Source: a virus
Reading direction: 5' to 3' (one strand)
Virus record (IMG/VR): IMGVR_UViG_3300027801_002586
Location: 18,070-82,069 of that record
DNA length: 64,000 nt
Under the pieces are notes generated by a model. It made no database searches and had not been told where the DNA came from. It saw only the letters and a list, made by a program, of their open reading frames with translations. The position numbers and the translations under genes were made by a program. This document shows, piece after piece, positions 47,249 through 59,200 of the stretch (positions within the stretch are counted from its first letter, which is position 1; each line of letters begins with the position of its first letter).

Positions 47249-47640
47249 TACCTAAATTAGCAACAATACATCTACTGATGGAGCGAGTTGATTTTCAATT
47301 CATTGCTTCTCAATTGGTTGAATATTATGGATTACGAAGTAAAGTGAAGTTTAACGTAAAGGGTAATAATGATGGTGATTATGATTGGGATAATGATATT
47401 ATTAATTTACGAAAATCTTACAAAAATGTCAAGGAATTTATTGTAAGTGTTCTACACGAAATTCATCATGCTGATATGGTTAAGAAATATGGTAGGAAGA
47501 AGTTCTTAAAGAAATATCAACAAGCAGATGATATGGCTGATGTACAAGGTTTTAGAAGATATGATGATAACAAGTGGGAAAAGAGAGCAGAGAATTGGGC
47601 TAAACAAGAATATAATAGAAAATGGAAAGATAAATTCTAA
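47245..47640 (+). CDS. zincin-like (HExxH) protein
   Basis: VLHEIHH ... WEKRAE. Confidence 0.7.
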   Translation: MIPKLATIHLLMERVDFQFIASQLVEYYGLRSKVKFNVKGNNDGDYDWDNDIINLRKSYKNVKEFIVSVLHEIHHADMVKKYGRKKFLKKYQQADDMADVQGFRRYDDNKWEKRAENWAKQEYNRKWKDKF

Positions 47641-47856
47641 TTTGAGCTTTTGTTCTGATATATATTATTAACTATAGTTATGTTAACATTAAAGGTTCTA
47701 AGAAAAATCACAACCTTATTTTTCTCTGAAATTATTACGTCCAATTAAAAAATAAAAATTACATTCTGAGAGATTTATAATATATTTATTAATAACTAAT
47801 AATTAAAAGCTTTTAAATAATATAACTAATATTAACTTTAACTTAGGTTATACACT

Positions 47857-48189
47857 ATGAAAACTCGTTCGGCAAAGAACAAAGGCAAACGTCTACAAAA
47901 TTCAGTAAGAGAACTTCTTCTCGAAACATTTACAGATTTAGAATCAGATGATATTAAATCCACAACGATGGGTGAAAGTGGAGAGGATATTCAGTTATCA
48001 CCTGCAGCCCGTAAACTTATACCATACTCATTCGAGTGTAAGAATCACGAAAAATTAAATATATGGAGTGCCTTAGAACAAGCAGAGGAATACTCACATA
48101 AAGGAACACCAGTTGTGGTGTTTAAAAGAAACAGGTCAAAGACCTACGCAGTAATAGAACTAAAAGAATTTGTAGAACTTATTAAATAA
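47857..48189 (+). CDS. Holliday-junction resolvase-like PD-(D/E)xK nuclease
   Basis: SAKNKGKRLQ, MGESGEDI, SFECKN, VVFKRNRS. Confidence 0.7.
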   Translation: MKTRSAKNKGKRLQNSVRELLLETFTDLESDDIKSTTMGESGEDIQLSPAARKLIPYSFECKNHEKLNIWSALEQAEEYSHKGTPVVVFKRNRSKTYAVIELKEFVELIK

Positions 48190-48536
48190 TGGAATATTCA
48201 TCAGACTTTAAATATGACTTGGGTGTCGGAAAACTTAAAGGAGAAACAAAACTTCATACTATGTTAGAGGATTCTAAAATAGAAGTTAAGTTTGATAGAA
48301 AGACAAGAGATACTGGTAATGTTTATATAGAGTATGAATCAAGAAATAAAGCTTCTGGTATTAGAACTACACAAGCAGATTATTGGGCATACTTTATTGA
48401 AGATGAAGAAGTATATGTAGTGTCAGTAGAAAAACTAAAGGAAAAAATTGCCAAACTAAATCCTAAAAGAATACCAGGTGGAGATAATAACACATCTATG
48501 GGGTTTTTAATAAAATTAGAGGAACTTATTAAATGA
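48189..48536 (+). CDS. PD-(D/E)xK nuclease-like protein
   Basis: IEVKFD...TGNVYIEY..SGIRTTQADYW. Confidence 0.65.
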   Translation: MEYSSDFKYDLGVGKLKGETKLHTMLEDSKIEVKFDRKTRDTGNVYIEYESRNKASGIRTTQADYWAYFIEDEEVYVVSVEKLKEKIAKLNPKRIPGGDNNTSMGFLIKLEELIK

Positions 48537-48757
48537 GTGTAACAACCATATCAGAAGATGGTAAAGAATACGATGATACTTTTGTAACAAGTATTGATTC
48601 AATTAACATATTGAAAGAAATGTTAGCTGATGATAAAACTTGTGATGAGAATGGAAAACTTACTGAGTATGGAAACAAAAAATTAAAAAGGTTACAAAAG
48701 AAGTGGTGTAGAGAAAATCAACACAAGAATTATAATAACGAAGATTATCAAAAATAA
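48533..48757 (+). CDS. hypothetical protein
   Basis: ATGA-type overlap. Confidence 0.5.
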   Translation: MSVTTISEDGKEYDDTFVTSIDSINILKEMLADDKTCDENGKLTEYGNKKLKRLQKKWCRENQHKNYNNEDYQK

Positions 48758-48767
48758 TGGGGATTAA

Positions 48768-49691
48768 TTGAGTCAGTTAGTTATAAACATATTAGATAAA
48801 GCATTAAAATCTAAGGGTACAAAATTAAAGAAAACAAATGAGTATATGTATTGGTCACCATTTGTTTCACATCATAAACAAAAATTACAAGTCAATATAG
48901 AGACTGGTAAGTGGCATTGTTGGGTAAGTAATCAAGGTGGACATAATCTATTTCAATTACTCAAACAGATAAATGCAAATCATATATTATATAAAGAATT
49001 AAGTGATGCTACTGGTAGTACATATTACCAAAAGAAAGATGATAAAAAGGAAATCGCGGTAACCTTACCCAAAGAATGTAAACCATTATGGAATGGTGGT
49101 GATTCAGTACAGAAGTTACACGCATTAAAATTTGTTATGGAGAGAGGATTATCTTACGAAGATATTATCAGATATAACTTAGGGTATTGTTTATCAGGTA
49201 CATATCAGAATAGAATTATTATACCATCATATGATAGTGATGGAGTATTAAATTATTTCGTTGGTAGGGATTTCTATCAAGGCGGGATGAAGTATAAGAA
49301 TCCACCCGTACAAAAGGATATCATCGGATTTGACCTATATGTGAATTGGGATGAACCGATTATACTTTGTGAGGGTGTATTTGATGCTATGGCCATTAAA
49401 AACAATAGTATTCCCTTATTCGGAAAAACAATTTTACCTAAACTTTATAATAAGATAGTCGAAAAGCGAGTCAAAGAGATAGTTATTTCTTTAGACGATG
49501 ATGCGTACAAGTCATCTTTGGAAATAATATCTAAACTAAAGGCGTTGGATATCGATGTAAGGTTCATAAAGTTACAGGGTAAAGACCCAAGTGATTTAGG
49601 TTATTTACAAATGATTGACCACGTGTTATCATCTAATATAGTTGATTTTAAAGAATTAATGAGGATGAAAGTTTATGGAAACAAACGATAA
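48768..49691 (+). CDS. DNA primase (DnaG/TOPRIM)
   Basis: RIIIP..YFVGR, KYKNP, CEGVFD, LDDD, KDPSD. Confidence 0.9.
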   Translation: MSQLVINILDKALKSKGTKLKKTNEYMYWSPFVSHHKQKLQVNIETGKWHCWVSNQGGHNLFQLLKQINANHILYKELSDATGSTYYQKKDDKKEIAVTLPKECKPLWNGGDSVQKLHALKFVMERGLSYEDIIRYNLGYCLSGTYQNRIIIPSYDSDGVLNYFVGRDFYQGGMKYKNPPVQKDIIGFDLYVNWDEPIILCEGVFDAMAIKNNSIPLFGKTILPKLYNKIVEKRVKEIVISLDDDAYKSSLEIISKLKALDIDVRFIKLQGKDPSDLGYLQMIDHVLSSNIVDFKELMRMKVYGNKR

Positions 49692-49884
49692 CATATGGAA
49701 GTTTGGTGCAGGACATCATAAAGTGTATATAACTAATTCTAAGGCATACAAGAAAATAAAAGTGTATTTGGGAATTTCAAGAGATAGTTATTATAAGAAA
49801 AATGGCAAAGTATTTGCATGGGATATTACTTGTGAAAATAAGAAATTATCCAAAGTAAAAAAAATACTAAAGGAGTATTCTTGA
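49675..49884 (+). CDS. hypothetical basic protein
   Basis: Overlap-coupled ORF. Confidence 0.5.
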   Translation: METNDNIWKFGAGHHKVYITNSKAYKKIKVYLGISRDSYYKKNGKVFAWDITCENKKLSKVKKILKEYS

Positions 49885-52800
49885 TACAGGAAAAAGTTAA
49901 AGTTCCTTTCAGAAAATTAAAATATATACACCATATTTCCGACATACAGATTAGAAATCTGAATAGGCATAAAGAATACGAACAAGTATTTAATGGGCTG
50001 TATGAGGAAGTAAAAAAGAATCCAAAGAATGCAGTTGCATATATTGGTGGTGATATAGCACATAGTAAAACCGAAATGTCTCCAGAGTTAATTGACCAAT
50101 TATCTCGACTATTCAAAAATTTAGCAGACATATGTCCTACAATTATTATTGCAGGAAATCACGATTGTAATCTAAATAATCTAAATAGAATGGATTGTTT
50201 AACACCTATCGTAGAAAACTTAAATCATCCGAATTTACATTATTTAAAACGAACAGGTGTATATACATTTGCAGATACTGATTTTGTAGTATGGGATGTT
50301 TGGGATAAGGAATCCGATTACATTAAAGCTAAAGATATTCCAGGAGATAATACTAAAGTTGTATTGTTTCATGGAACAGTCGATAGAAGTGAAACTGATT
50401 TGGGATTTAAGTTACCAAGTAAAGTAAAGATGAGTATGTTCAAAGGATATGATTTTGGATTACTTGGTGATATACACAAAAGACAACATTTAAATAAAGA
50501 AGAAACTATTTCTTATTGTGGTTCGTTAGTACAACAAAATCACGGAGAGGATATTGGTAAGGGTTATTTACTTTGGGATGTTCCTGCCCGCAAATCGGAG
50601 TATATAGAGATACATAATGATTATGGTTATTATACGATTGATATTGATAATGGTAAGTTACCTGATTTAAGTGATTTACCAAATAAACCACGAGTTCGGG
50701 TACGAGTAAGTAATACAAAACCTGCTCAATTAAAAAGGTTAATGACTAAGATTCGGAAAATGGCTAAGATTCAAGAATCAGTTGTAACACGAGTAGATGG
50801 GTTATCAACGGATAAGATTCGAAATAAGAAAATAAACATTGGTGATGTAGCAGATGTAGGTTATCAATATAAATTAATTAGTGAGTATTTAAATAGCAAT
50901 TATATGGTGGATGATGACACCATGATAAAGATAAAAAAAGTACTTACCGATTTAAATTCAGTTGTACCCGAAGCAGATATCCAACGAAATGTAAGTTGGA
51001 AATTAAAGAAATTTGAATTTAGTAATTTGTTTAGTTACGGAGAAGATAATGTAGTAGATTTCACAAAACTAAATGGTGTAGTTGGATTGTTTGCTCCTAA
51101 CGCTAGTGGTAAATCTGCATTATTAGATGCTCTATGTTTTAATCTATTTGATATGAGTTCTCGTACATTTAAAGCTGATAATATTATCAATAAAGCAAAA
51201 AGTACATTACATTGTAAAGTTAACTTTGAAATAGATGGTATGGATTATTTTATCGAGAAGAAAGGTAAAATAAATCTAAGGACTGGACATGTCAAAGTTG
51301 ATATAGAATTTTGGATGATAGATGAGACTGGTGAGAAGTTATCATTAAATGGAGACCAACGAAGAACTACACAAAATAACATCAAACGAGTTATTGGTAA
51401 TTATGAGGATTTCATTCTTACATCTATGAGTTCACAAAATAATTCTACAGTCTTTATAGATAAAACACAAAAGGAACGTAAAGAGTTATTATCCCAGTTT
51501 ATGGGATTGAAGATATTTGATACTTTATGGCAACAAGCATCTGAAGATATTAAAGAAGTGAATACACTTTTGAAAGATTTTAAGAAAGCAGACTATGATA
51601 GTGAGTTAGCTAATATAACTGATGAGTTGATTCTACTTGAAGCAAAAGAAACAGATTTCAAGACAGATGAGATGGGATTGAAGAAACAGGCAAAATCGGT
51701 ATTGGATAATATTAAGAATCAAACATTAAGATTGAAACCAGTAGATGATACATTAAGACCTATAGATACCTTAGAAAAGGAACACTCTAAGTTAACAACA
51801 TTATCGGATAATGTCAAGTTAAAATTAGATGAGTATATGGTTGAACAATATGACTTTGAAAAAGCAACTCAAGAGATAGAGAATAAGATTGCAATCTATC
51901 AAACTGATGGTGTAGATGAGAAGTATTTTGAATTAGAAAAATTAGAACAAGAAATAGATTTGTTTCAAATTGAAGTAGATAAATTAAGAGCAGATGTTAG
52001 GGTTAAATTGGATAAGATTGAAAAGCTTGGTAATTTAACACATGATGAAGATTGTAAACATTGTATGAGTAATCCATTTACATTAGATGCTATTCAAACG
52101 AAAGAGAATCTTGATAAGGATAAACTACTTGCACAACAATATCTACAAAAGAAACAATTGATGGAAGATGAGATACAGACCAGATTCAAGGTTCGTGCAT
52201 TTAAAAAAGATTTGGATACATTATCTGACCAATTAAATGAAAAGGGTAGATACCACGATAACATAACATCTAATATAACACTTATAAAAGAAAAGCAAAA
52301 AAATATAATTGCCCAATTTAGTTTAATCACAAGTGATATTACAAAATCAAAAGCACAAGAACAGAATGTTGTATTTAATTCACAAGTAGAAAGTGAAATT
52401 GATAAGTTACAGACTAACAATGATGATTTGGATTATCAGTTAGATATGGTTGCTAAAAAATTAACTACGTTACATGGTGATATTCAAGTATTGAAAACTA
52501 AAGAAACACAAATCAACGATAATATCAATAAAGTAGAAGAACTCGAAGATTCACATCAGGCATATCAATACTTACTTGAGGCAATTAAACGAGATGGTGT
52601 TCCTTATGATTTGATTAGTAAATCATTACCCACAGTCGAGGGTGCAGTAAATGATATTCTTGCACAGATAGTTGATTTTAGTATTGTGTTTAATATGGAT
52701 GGTAAACAAATAGATACTCACATCGTATATGATGATGATAGAGTTTGGCCATTAGAATTATCAAGTGGTATGGAACGATTCGTTAGTTCTCTTGCAATAA

Positions 52801-53042
52801 GAGTTGGTTTAATGAATGTTAGTAATTTACCACGAAGTAACTTCCTTGCTATTGATGAAGGTTGGGGAACGATGGATAGTGAAAATTTAAATTCAGTTTC
52901 ACAATTGTTCCAATATTTGAAATCACAATTTCAATTTACAATGGTAGTTTCACACATAGAAACTATGAGAGATTTTGTTGATACTCTATTAGAGATTAAG
53001 AAAGTTGATGGTAGTTCTTCAGTTAAATTTAGTAGGGATTGA
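49881..53042 (+). CDS. fused Mre11/SbcD nuclease - Rad50/SbcC ATPase (gp47-gp46)
   Basis: SDIQ, GGDI, AGNHD, GDIH; NASGKS Walker A, CKHC hook, LSSGME signature, AIDEG, VSH. Confidence 0.92.
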   Translation: MIQEKVKVPFRKLKYIHHISDIQIRNLNRHKEYEQVFNGLYEEVKKNPKNAVAYIGGDIAHSKTEMSPELIDQLSRLFKNLADICPTIIIAGNHDCNLNNLNRMDCLTPIVENLNHPNLHYLKRTGVYTFADTDFVVWDVWDKESDYIKAKDIPGDNTKVVLFHGTVDRSETDLGFKLPSKVKMSMFKGYDFGLLGDIHKRQHLNKEETISYCGSLVQQNHGEDIGKGYLLWDVPARKSEYIEIHNDYGYYTIDIDNGKLPDLSDLPNKPRVRVRVSNTKPAQLKRLMTKIRKMAKIQESVVTRVDGLSTDKIRNKKINIGDVADVGYQYKLISEYLNSNYMVDDDTMIKIKKVLTDLNSVVPEADIQRNVSWKLKKFEFSNLFSYGEDNVVDFTKLNGVVGLFAPNASGKSALLDALCFNLFDMSSRTFKADNIINKAKSTLHCKVNFEIDGMDYFIEKKGKINLRTGHVKVDIEFWMIDETGEKLSLNGDQRRTTQNNIKRVIGNYEDFILTSMSSQNNSTVFIDKTQKERKELLSQFMGLKIFDTLWQQASEDIKEVNTLLKDFKKADYDSELANITDELILLEAKETDFKTDEMGLKKQAKSVLDNIKNQTLRLKPVDDTLRPIDTLEKEHSKLTTLSDNVKLKLDEYMVEQYDFEKATQEIENKIAIYQTDGVDEKYFELEKLEQEIDLFQIEVDKLRADVRVKLDKIEKLGNLTHDEDCKHCMSNPFTLDAIQTKENLDKDKLLAQQYLQKKQLMEDEIQTRFKVRAFKKDLDTLSDQLNEKGRYHDNITSNITLIKEKQKNIIAQFSLITSDITKSKAQEQNVVFNSQVESEIDKLQTNNDDLDYQLDMVAKKLTTLHGDIQVLKTKETQINDNINKVEELEDSHQAYQYLLEAIKRDGVPYDLISKSLPTVEGAVNDILAQIVDFSIVFNMDGKQIDTHIVYDDDRVWPLELSSGMERFVSSLAIRVGLMNVSNLPRSNFLAIDEGWGTMDSENLNSVSQLFQYLKSQFQFTMVVSHIETMRDFVDTLLEIKKVDGSSSVKFSRD

Positions 53043-53192
53043 TGGCATCTTAGCTTTAGGTGTAGAACCACCTTTCATCTTACCCAATGTTTGATTGATA
53101 AAAGAAGAACAATTAGTTCTATTCTCTTTACAATAATACTTTAGCCATTCCATAACATCTTCATCTAATGTGAAGTTATATCTTTTTTTCAT
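53019..53192 (-). CDS. ribbon-helix-helix DNA-binding protein
   Basis: MKKRYNFTLDEDVMEWLKYYC...SSFINQTL. Confidence 0.7.
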   Translation of the reverse strand: MKKRYNFTLDEDVMEWLKYYCKENRTNCSSFINQTLGKMKGGSTPKAKMPSIPTKFN

Positions 53193-53254
53193 TTTTATAC
53201 TCACTTTATACTCATCTTATACATATAAATAAGTATCATTATTTTAAATTTTAA

Positions 53255-53262
53255 TATTTATA
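53255..53262 (+). promoter_or_regulatory. putative late promoter TATTTAT(A/T), representative copy
   Basis: Same motif before genes at 2368, 4178, 5736, 6893, 15603, 23832/23864, 35676, 38541, 47783 and on minus at 53224-53231. Confidence 0.55.
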
Positions 53263-53295
53263 TAGGACTACTTTTATAACGAGGTACACACTTAA

Positions 53296-56200
53296 ATGGC
53301 AATCTTAAAGAGAATCAACAAATATCAAGGTTTAAAGGATATAGATATACTTGTCGAAGAGACTGGGTTAACTTCCCAATACTTTCAAGTTTACGATTTT
53401 CCAAACCAAATACCACAAGGTAAATCATCATTCTTAGTTGCAGGTTCACCTTTCTTAGCAGACAATGTAGAACTTAAAGTTGAAATATTAGATGCGGGTG
53501 GGAACACTGTCTATACTGAAGCAATAACAAATTATCTTGAGGGTGGTGCACGCCGTGTATCAATAGAGGTATATGATGATGTTATACCTGGTGATGGTTT
53601 TATGTATATTGTTGGGGAACTTAAAACTAACTATCAACAGATATCAGGTTTAGAAAACAACAATGATGAAATAACTGATTCTCAGATAACCGACCCTAAA
53701 AGTTTTGGAAACATTAATCCAGCTAATTTATCCGAAGAATTTATAGACCAACTTACTGCACAAAATGCTCAAGATGTTCCAACAGAATTTCAAGGTGTTT
53801 ATAATGTACGATATGTAAGACCAATTTTTATTAATGCGGCATTACCTAATTCACAACCAATTTTCTTTTATCAACAACCAAGAGTAACTGTCACAGAAGT
53901 TGTTAAACCTTTTATAGAACAATTAGCACCAAGTGGTTCAGTTGTATTGAGTGGTAGTATTGAAGCAAATCCTGCTCCAGATTTAACACCACTACCAGCA
54001 CCAATTGCTCCACCACCAGGATTTCCAAAGAATCCAACAGCAGAGGGATTGGGTCAGATTGGACAAATAAATGAAATATTTAAATCAAGTAAAAAATCAA
54101 AATCAAATCCATTTAGAAATTCTGGGTTTAGGTCAAGGGGGAGATTAGTAAGAAGGTCATCACCTGAACAAGATAGATTCTCAATGAGAGTACACCAACT
54201 TGAAGAATCAAATGAAACCACAAAGGATAAGGCATCGAGTGCATTAATTGGTGCAACTCTAACTATTAAATCACCAAAAATTGATTTAGTTAAATATCCA
54301 GCAGAAGAGTTTGATGTACCTACTTCATTCCATACAAGTATTAAAAAAGTTTTAAATGAAGAAACGATTGTACCAGTAGATGATTTCTTTATTACAAGAA
54401 AAGATACATTAGAAAAAATACCAGTTCCAATTATAGCAGACGAGGTTGCTGGGAATGGACAATCTGAAGTTACAATGTCTTATACACCTTTTCCTGAACA
54501 ATCACTTAGTGCAACACATAATCGTTCTTTTGCTGATGTAACAGTCGCAAACCTACGAACATTTAGTGGGGATGTTTACAAGACAAAAATTTATGGAAAG
54601 AGTCAAGGTTCACTTGGAGATTTTGAATTACTACATGAGGGTACAATCGAATCCCCACAAACTTTAATAGACCCATATAGTGTAGATGGATTTTTAAATA
54701 TAGGTTATTTTCATACTCAAAGTATTGTTGATAATTATTGGTTGTTAAATGGTGGTACTGCTGCAAGAAATGATAGTAAGATTTTAGATGGTATTGAGAT
54801 TAGTGGTTCAAACTATGCAGTAGGTTCATCAGTTGAACTTACAACATCGGGTAGTTTTGCATTAGAAAAGGGTGTACCTTATTCAATTACTTTTAATGCA
54901 CATTATTTCAAGGAAGATAAAGTACAAGATAACGATGATGTAGAAAAAGATTTTGAGTTAGATGTATTGGTATCGGAAGCAGCATTAATAGGTGGTACTT
55001 TATCCGATACATATCAATCAGTAGGTAAAGTAGATATAGGGAATAATAACTTAAATGAGGGTTCAATACCAGGTATTTATACTACGTTCATAACGCCGAG
55101 TGATATTGGTCCAACTCTTAAATTAAAATTTAAATTAAATGCTGGTAGGGCAATTATAAATGATGTAGTTGTACGACCACACGCAGAAACAAACTTTAAT
55201 CCAGATTACTTTAGGGTAGTACTTCCGATGGCATATCCATTACCCAAACAACCAGATTTATATGATTTCTTAGTAGAGTTTTATGATGTAAATAATAATA
55301 TTGCAGAAACATTCACGATAGGTCAAAACATAGAATTTACAGGTGCACCATTAAATATCGATGGTGAGGATAACTTACTTAGTGGTTCATTATACATTGG
55401 TTCTACACAAGGTAGTGGTTTTGAGATGGCAGGAGTATCTTCTGCATTCTTACGGTCTATTGGATATAATGGGTTTGACAGAACAATTGCAGAAAGTAAG
55501 GGTGGATTTTTATTGTGGAGTGGTTCTATCGGGGATAGATTAACTGCAAGTGAAGATTATGATGGAGTTGGGTTAGAGATAGTAGATGCTCATACTTCAC
55601 AAGATAGATATTTAAAATTTAGAACAAACCCAAGCACATTTGAAGTTGTTACCGACCAGTTCTTCTTAGGACAAGCTGGTAGTTCTTTTGTAAGTGGTTC
55701 AAATGGTAACATCGAAATATTCTCATCAGGTACTACAACATTAAGTGGTAGTAATGTAGATATTTTAACACCTAATTTTTTCTTAGGTGGTTCGAGTGCA
55801 TTTGTAAGTGGTAGTGGTGGTAATATAGAAATAAGTTCAAGTAATTTCCATGTCACTCCAGAGGGTAATGTTACAATGAGTGGTGATATTACTGCAAACG
55901 CTGGTTTCATCGGTGATTGGGCAATTGTAGATGGTCAGATAAGTGGTAGTAACATTACATTAAATGCTGATAATTCTACAATATTTAAAACAGACCAAGG
56001 GCCTGGCAGTGATTCATCAGCAGCATTTGATGCATTAAGAGATGAGTATTATATAGATTTTACACCGACCGAAGAATCTCCAAATAACTATTATATTAAA
56101 ATGGGCCCAAGTTTTATGGTGGATAAGGATGGTATCTTAATCGCAAGTGGTGCAACATTTGAGGGAAGTATTACTGCATCAGAAGGTTTAATTGGTGGGT

Positions 56201-59200
56201 TCACTACAGATAGTCATTCATTCCATAGTAACAATATTTTCATAAGTGGTTCACCCGCAATTGGTGGAGTTGACCATCCACGATATATGTTTATCTCATC
56301 TTCAAATTTCAATGTAAAAGAAAATGGGGATATAACTGGTTCAAGTGCTTTATTTGATGGTAACACAAGTATATCAGGAACTACTACTATTGGTGGAAAT
56401 TTAACTGTCAATGGTACAGGTACGATTGCATCATTTGGTTTAACAGAAACTGCAATATCAAGTTCTAACGATAAATTAATATTGAAATCAAGTGGAGAAA
56501 TAACTTCATCTGCTGCTAGGATTGTTGGTAGTGATGTAGATATAGATGTTGAGAAATTCGAATTAGATGCTAATAATTTAGAAATATCTTCTACACATTC
56601 ATCTATGAGTTTAGGTGAGGGTAAGATAGATTTAGTTGGTGGTTCTACTTCATTTATACAAGTTGGTTCTGCAAATGCAATAACATTGAAAGATGATGGA
56701 ACTGATAGGTTTTTGGTTATTGGAAGTAAAACATCTTTCTCACATTTCAACCAATCTACCGCAGGAGTAATTTTAGGTACAGATGGTGGAACTACAAAAT
56801 TTGAAGTAGTTGGAGATGCATCTAATTACATTTCTTTTAACGGAACAGCATTTGATATCAAATCAGAAGAATTTGGATTAAAGACTTCAACACTACACAT
56901 ATCATCATCTAATGGTGGTGTGATTGCTATGGGTTCTACAATACCACAAAAAGTAGAACAGGCTGGAATATTTTTAAGTGGTAGTGGACAATTTAGTTTC
57001 TACTCATCATCACGAGGACATATAGTATTCGATGGTACAGATTTTAAAATTGCCTCAAAGAATTTAACAATAGATACATCAACACTTGATATTAATACTG
57101 CGGGTGGTGGTAACATTGCACTTGGTAGTGGAACACCATCATTAAGTGCTGCAGGTATTTTCCTAAGTGGTAGTGGAGATTTTAATTTCCAAAAAGATGG
57201 AAATAACTTTATAAGACAGAGTGGTGGAGCATTCCAAATAAAAGCAGATACTTTTGATTTAGATGCTACAACACTCATTATGGATAGTGCTGGTGATAGT
57301 GGAAATGGAATAATTAGATTGGGTGCAAGTGGAGGCCCATCTAGTCCAACAAATGGTACTGCTGGTATTTATATGGATGGGGGTGGAGCACTTAATGTTG
57401 TAGGAAATGCTACAAACTTCTTTAGGGTAGATGGTGGTTCATTTACGATTAAATCCGATACATTTGATTTACAAACCACAACCTTTTCTGCATCATCTGC
57501 AGGTACTGGTAAGATTTCACTTGGACAAACACCACCTACAAGATACGATAGTGGAAATGGTATATTCTTTGATGGAGATGCTAACTTCCTAATCGGTAGT
57601 GCAAGTGGAGATAAGATACAATTTACCAATGGTGATTTTACAGTCCAAGTTGGTTCATTAGAATTGGATGCAAGTAATATAGAGATTAGTTCAACGAACG
57701 CTTCTATGTCATTGGGTGAGGGTAATATTATACTTGATGGTGCTAACAATAAAATTAAAGTTGGTAAAACTACTAATAAATTAATTGAGATTGTAGGTTC
57801 ATCTACACAAGGATACATTGCAACAGGTAAAGATTCCGCTACATCTACAACCGCAGGATTTTGGTTAGCAAACAATAACACAGACCCAGAATTTGCAGTT
57901 GGAGATTCTACAGATTTTATTAGATTTAATGGTGGTAACTTAGATATTAATTCTCAAAAACTTGAGATTGCAGCATCCACATTACAATTATCCACAACCG
58001 AAGCAAGTATGAGTCTTGGACATAATGCACAAAGTGGTTCTTATGGTAGAGTTATATTAGAGGGTGCAGGAGTACCAACATTAAGAATTGGAAAACAAGC
58101 ACACACCATTACACTTGCAACTGGTAGTGGTATTTATATGGATGGTGATGGTAACTTTAGATTTGGTGATGATGATGGTGGTATAAAATTTAATAATGGT
58201 AATTTCTCAATTACTGGTTCTGATGTAGATATTGATGTAACAGATATTAATATTACTTCGACTGGATTTAGATTATCATCCACAAATGCTTCGATGTCGT
58301 TAGGTACAAACGACCAATTATTAGTACACGCCAATAGTTCAAGTCCATTTTTAAGTATTGGACAATCTACAAAGGGTTACGGACAAACAGGAATATTTCT
58401 TGGGTATATAAATTCAGTATCAAGACCACGAGTTTCGTTTGTTGGTTCAACGGGTCATTTTAAAGTTGACCAAGATGTTGATATAAAAACAGAAACATTT
58501 GAAATGGATGCGAATAGTGGTGATTTACAAATATCAAGTGCTCATAAATCAATGTCATTGGGAGACCAATCTATTGTACTTGATGGGCCAAACAAAAAAA
58601 TAACAGTCGGTACGGGTAATCAGATTAGTATCGTGGGTGGAGCATCAGATAACTTTATTACTATGGGTAGTAAAACGGGTATGGATAGTACTCAAGGTAG
58701 TGGAACTGCAGGTATCATTATTGGGATGGATGGAAGTAATCCACAAGCTGAATTTGTAAAAAGTGCAACCGAATATTTTATATACGATAATGGTATAGAT
58801 ATGAAAACACTTAACTTTGAGTTAGATGCGGGTACAGGAGATTTACAAATATCATCAGCACAAAAATCAATGAGTTTGGGTGATGGTAATGTAATATTAG
58901 ATGGATTAGAAAAAGCAATTATACTTAATTCAGGTAGTAATTCGATTACTTTACAAACTAATGCTACTGATTCATTTATGGTAATGGGTAGTAAGACAAG
59001 TTTTACAGAAGAGGGTAGTGGAACTGCTGGAATATTAATTGGAATGGATGGAAGTAATCCACAAGCTGAATTTGTTAAGAGTGCTACTGATTACTTTATA
59101 TTTGATGATGGTTTAGATATAAAAACTACTAAACTTGAATTGGATGCTGGTTCATTACAATTATCTAATACACATAATTCTATGAGTTTAAGCCCTGATA

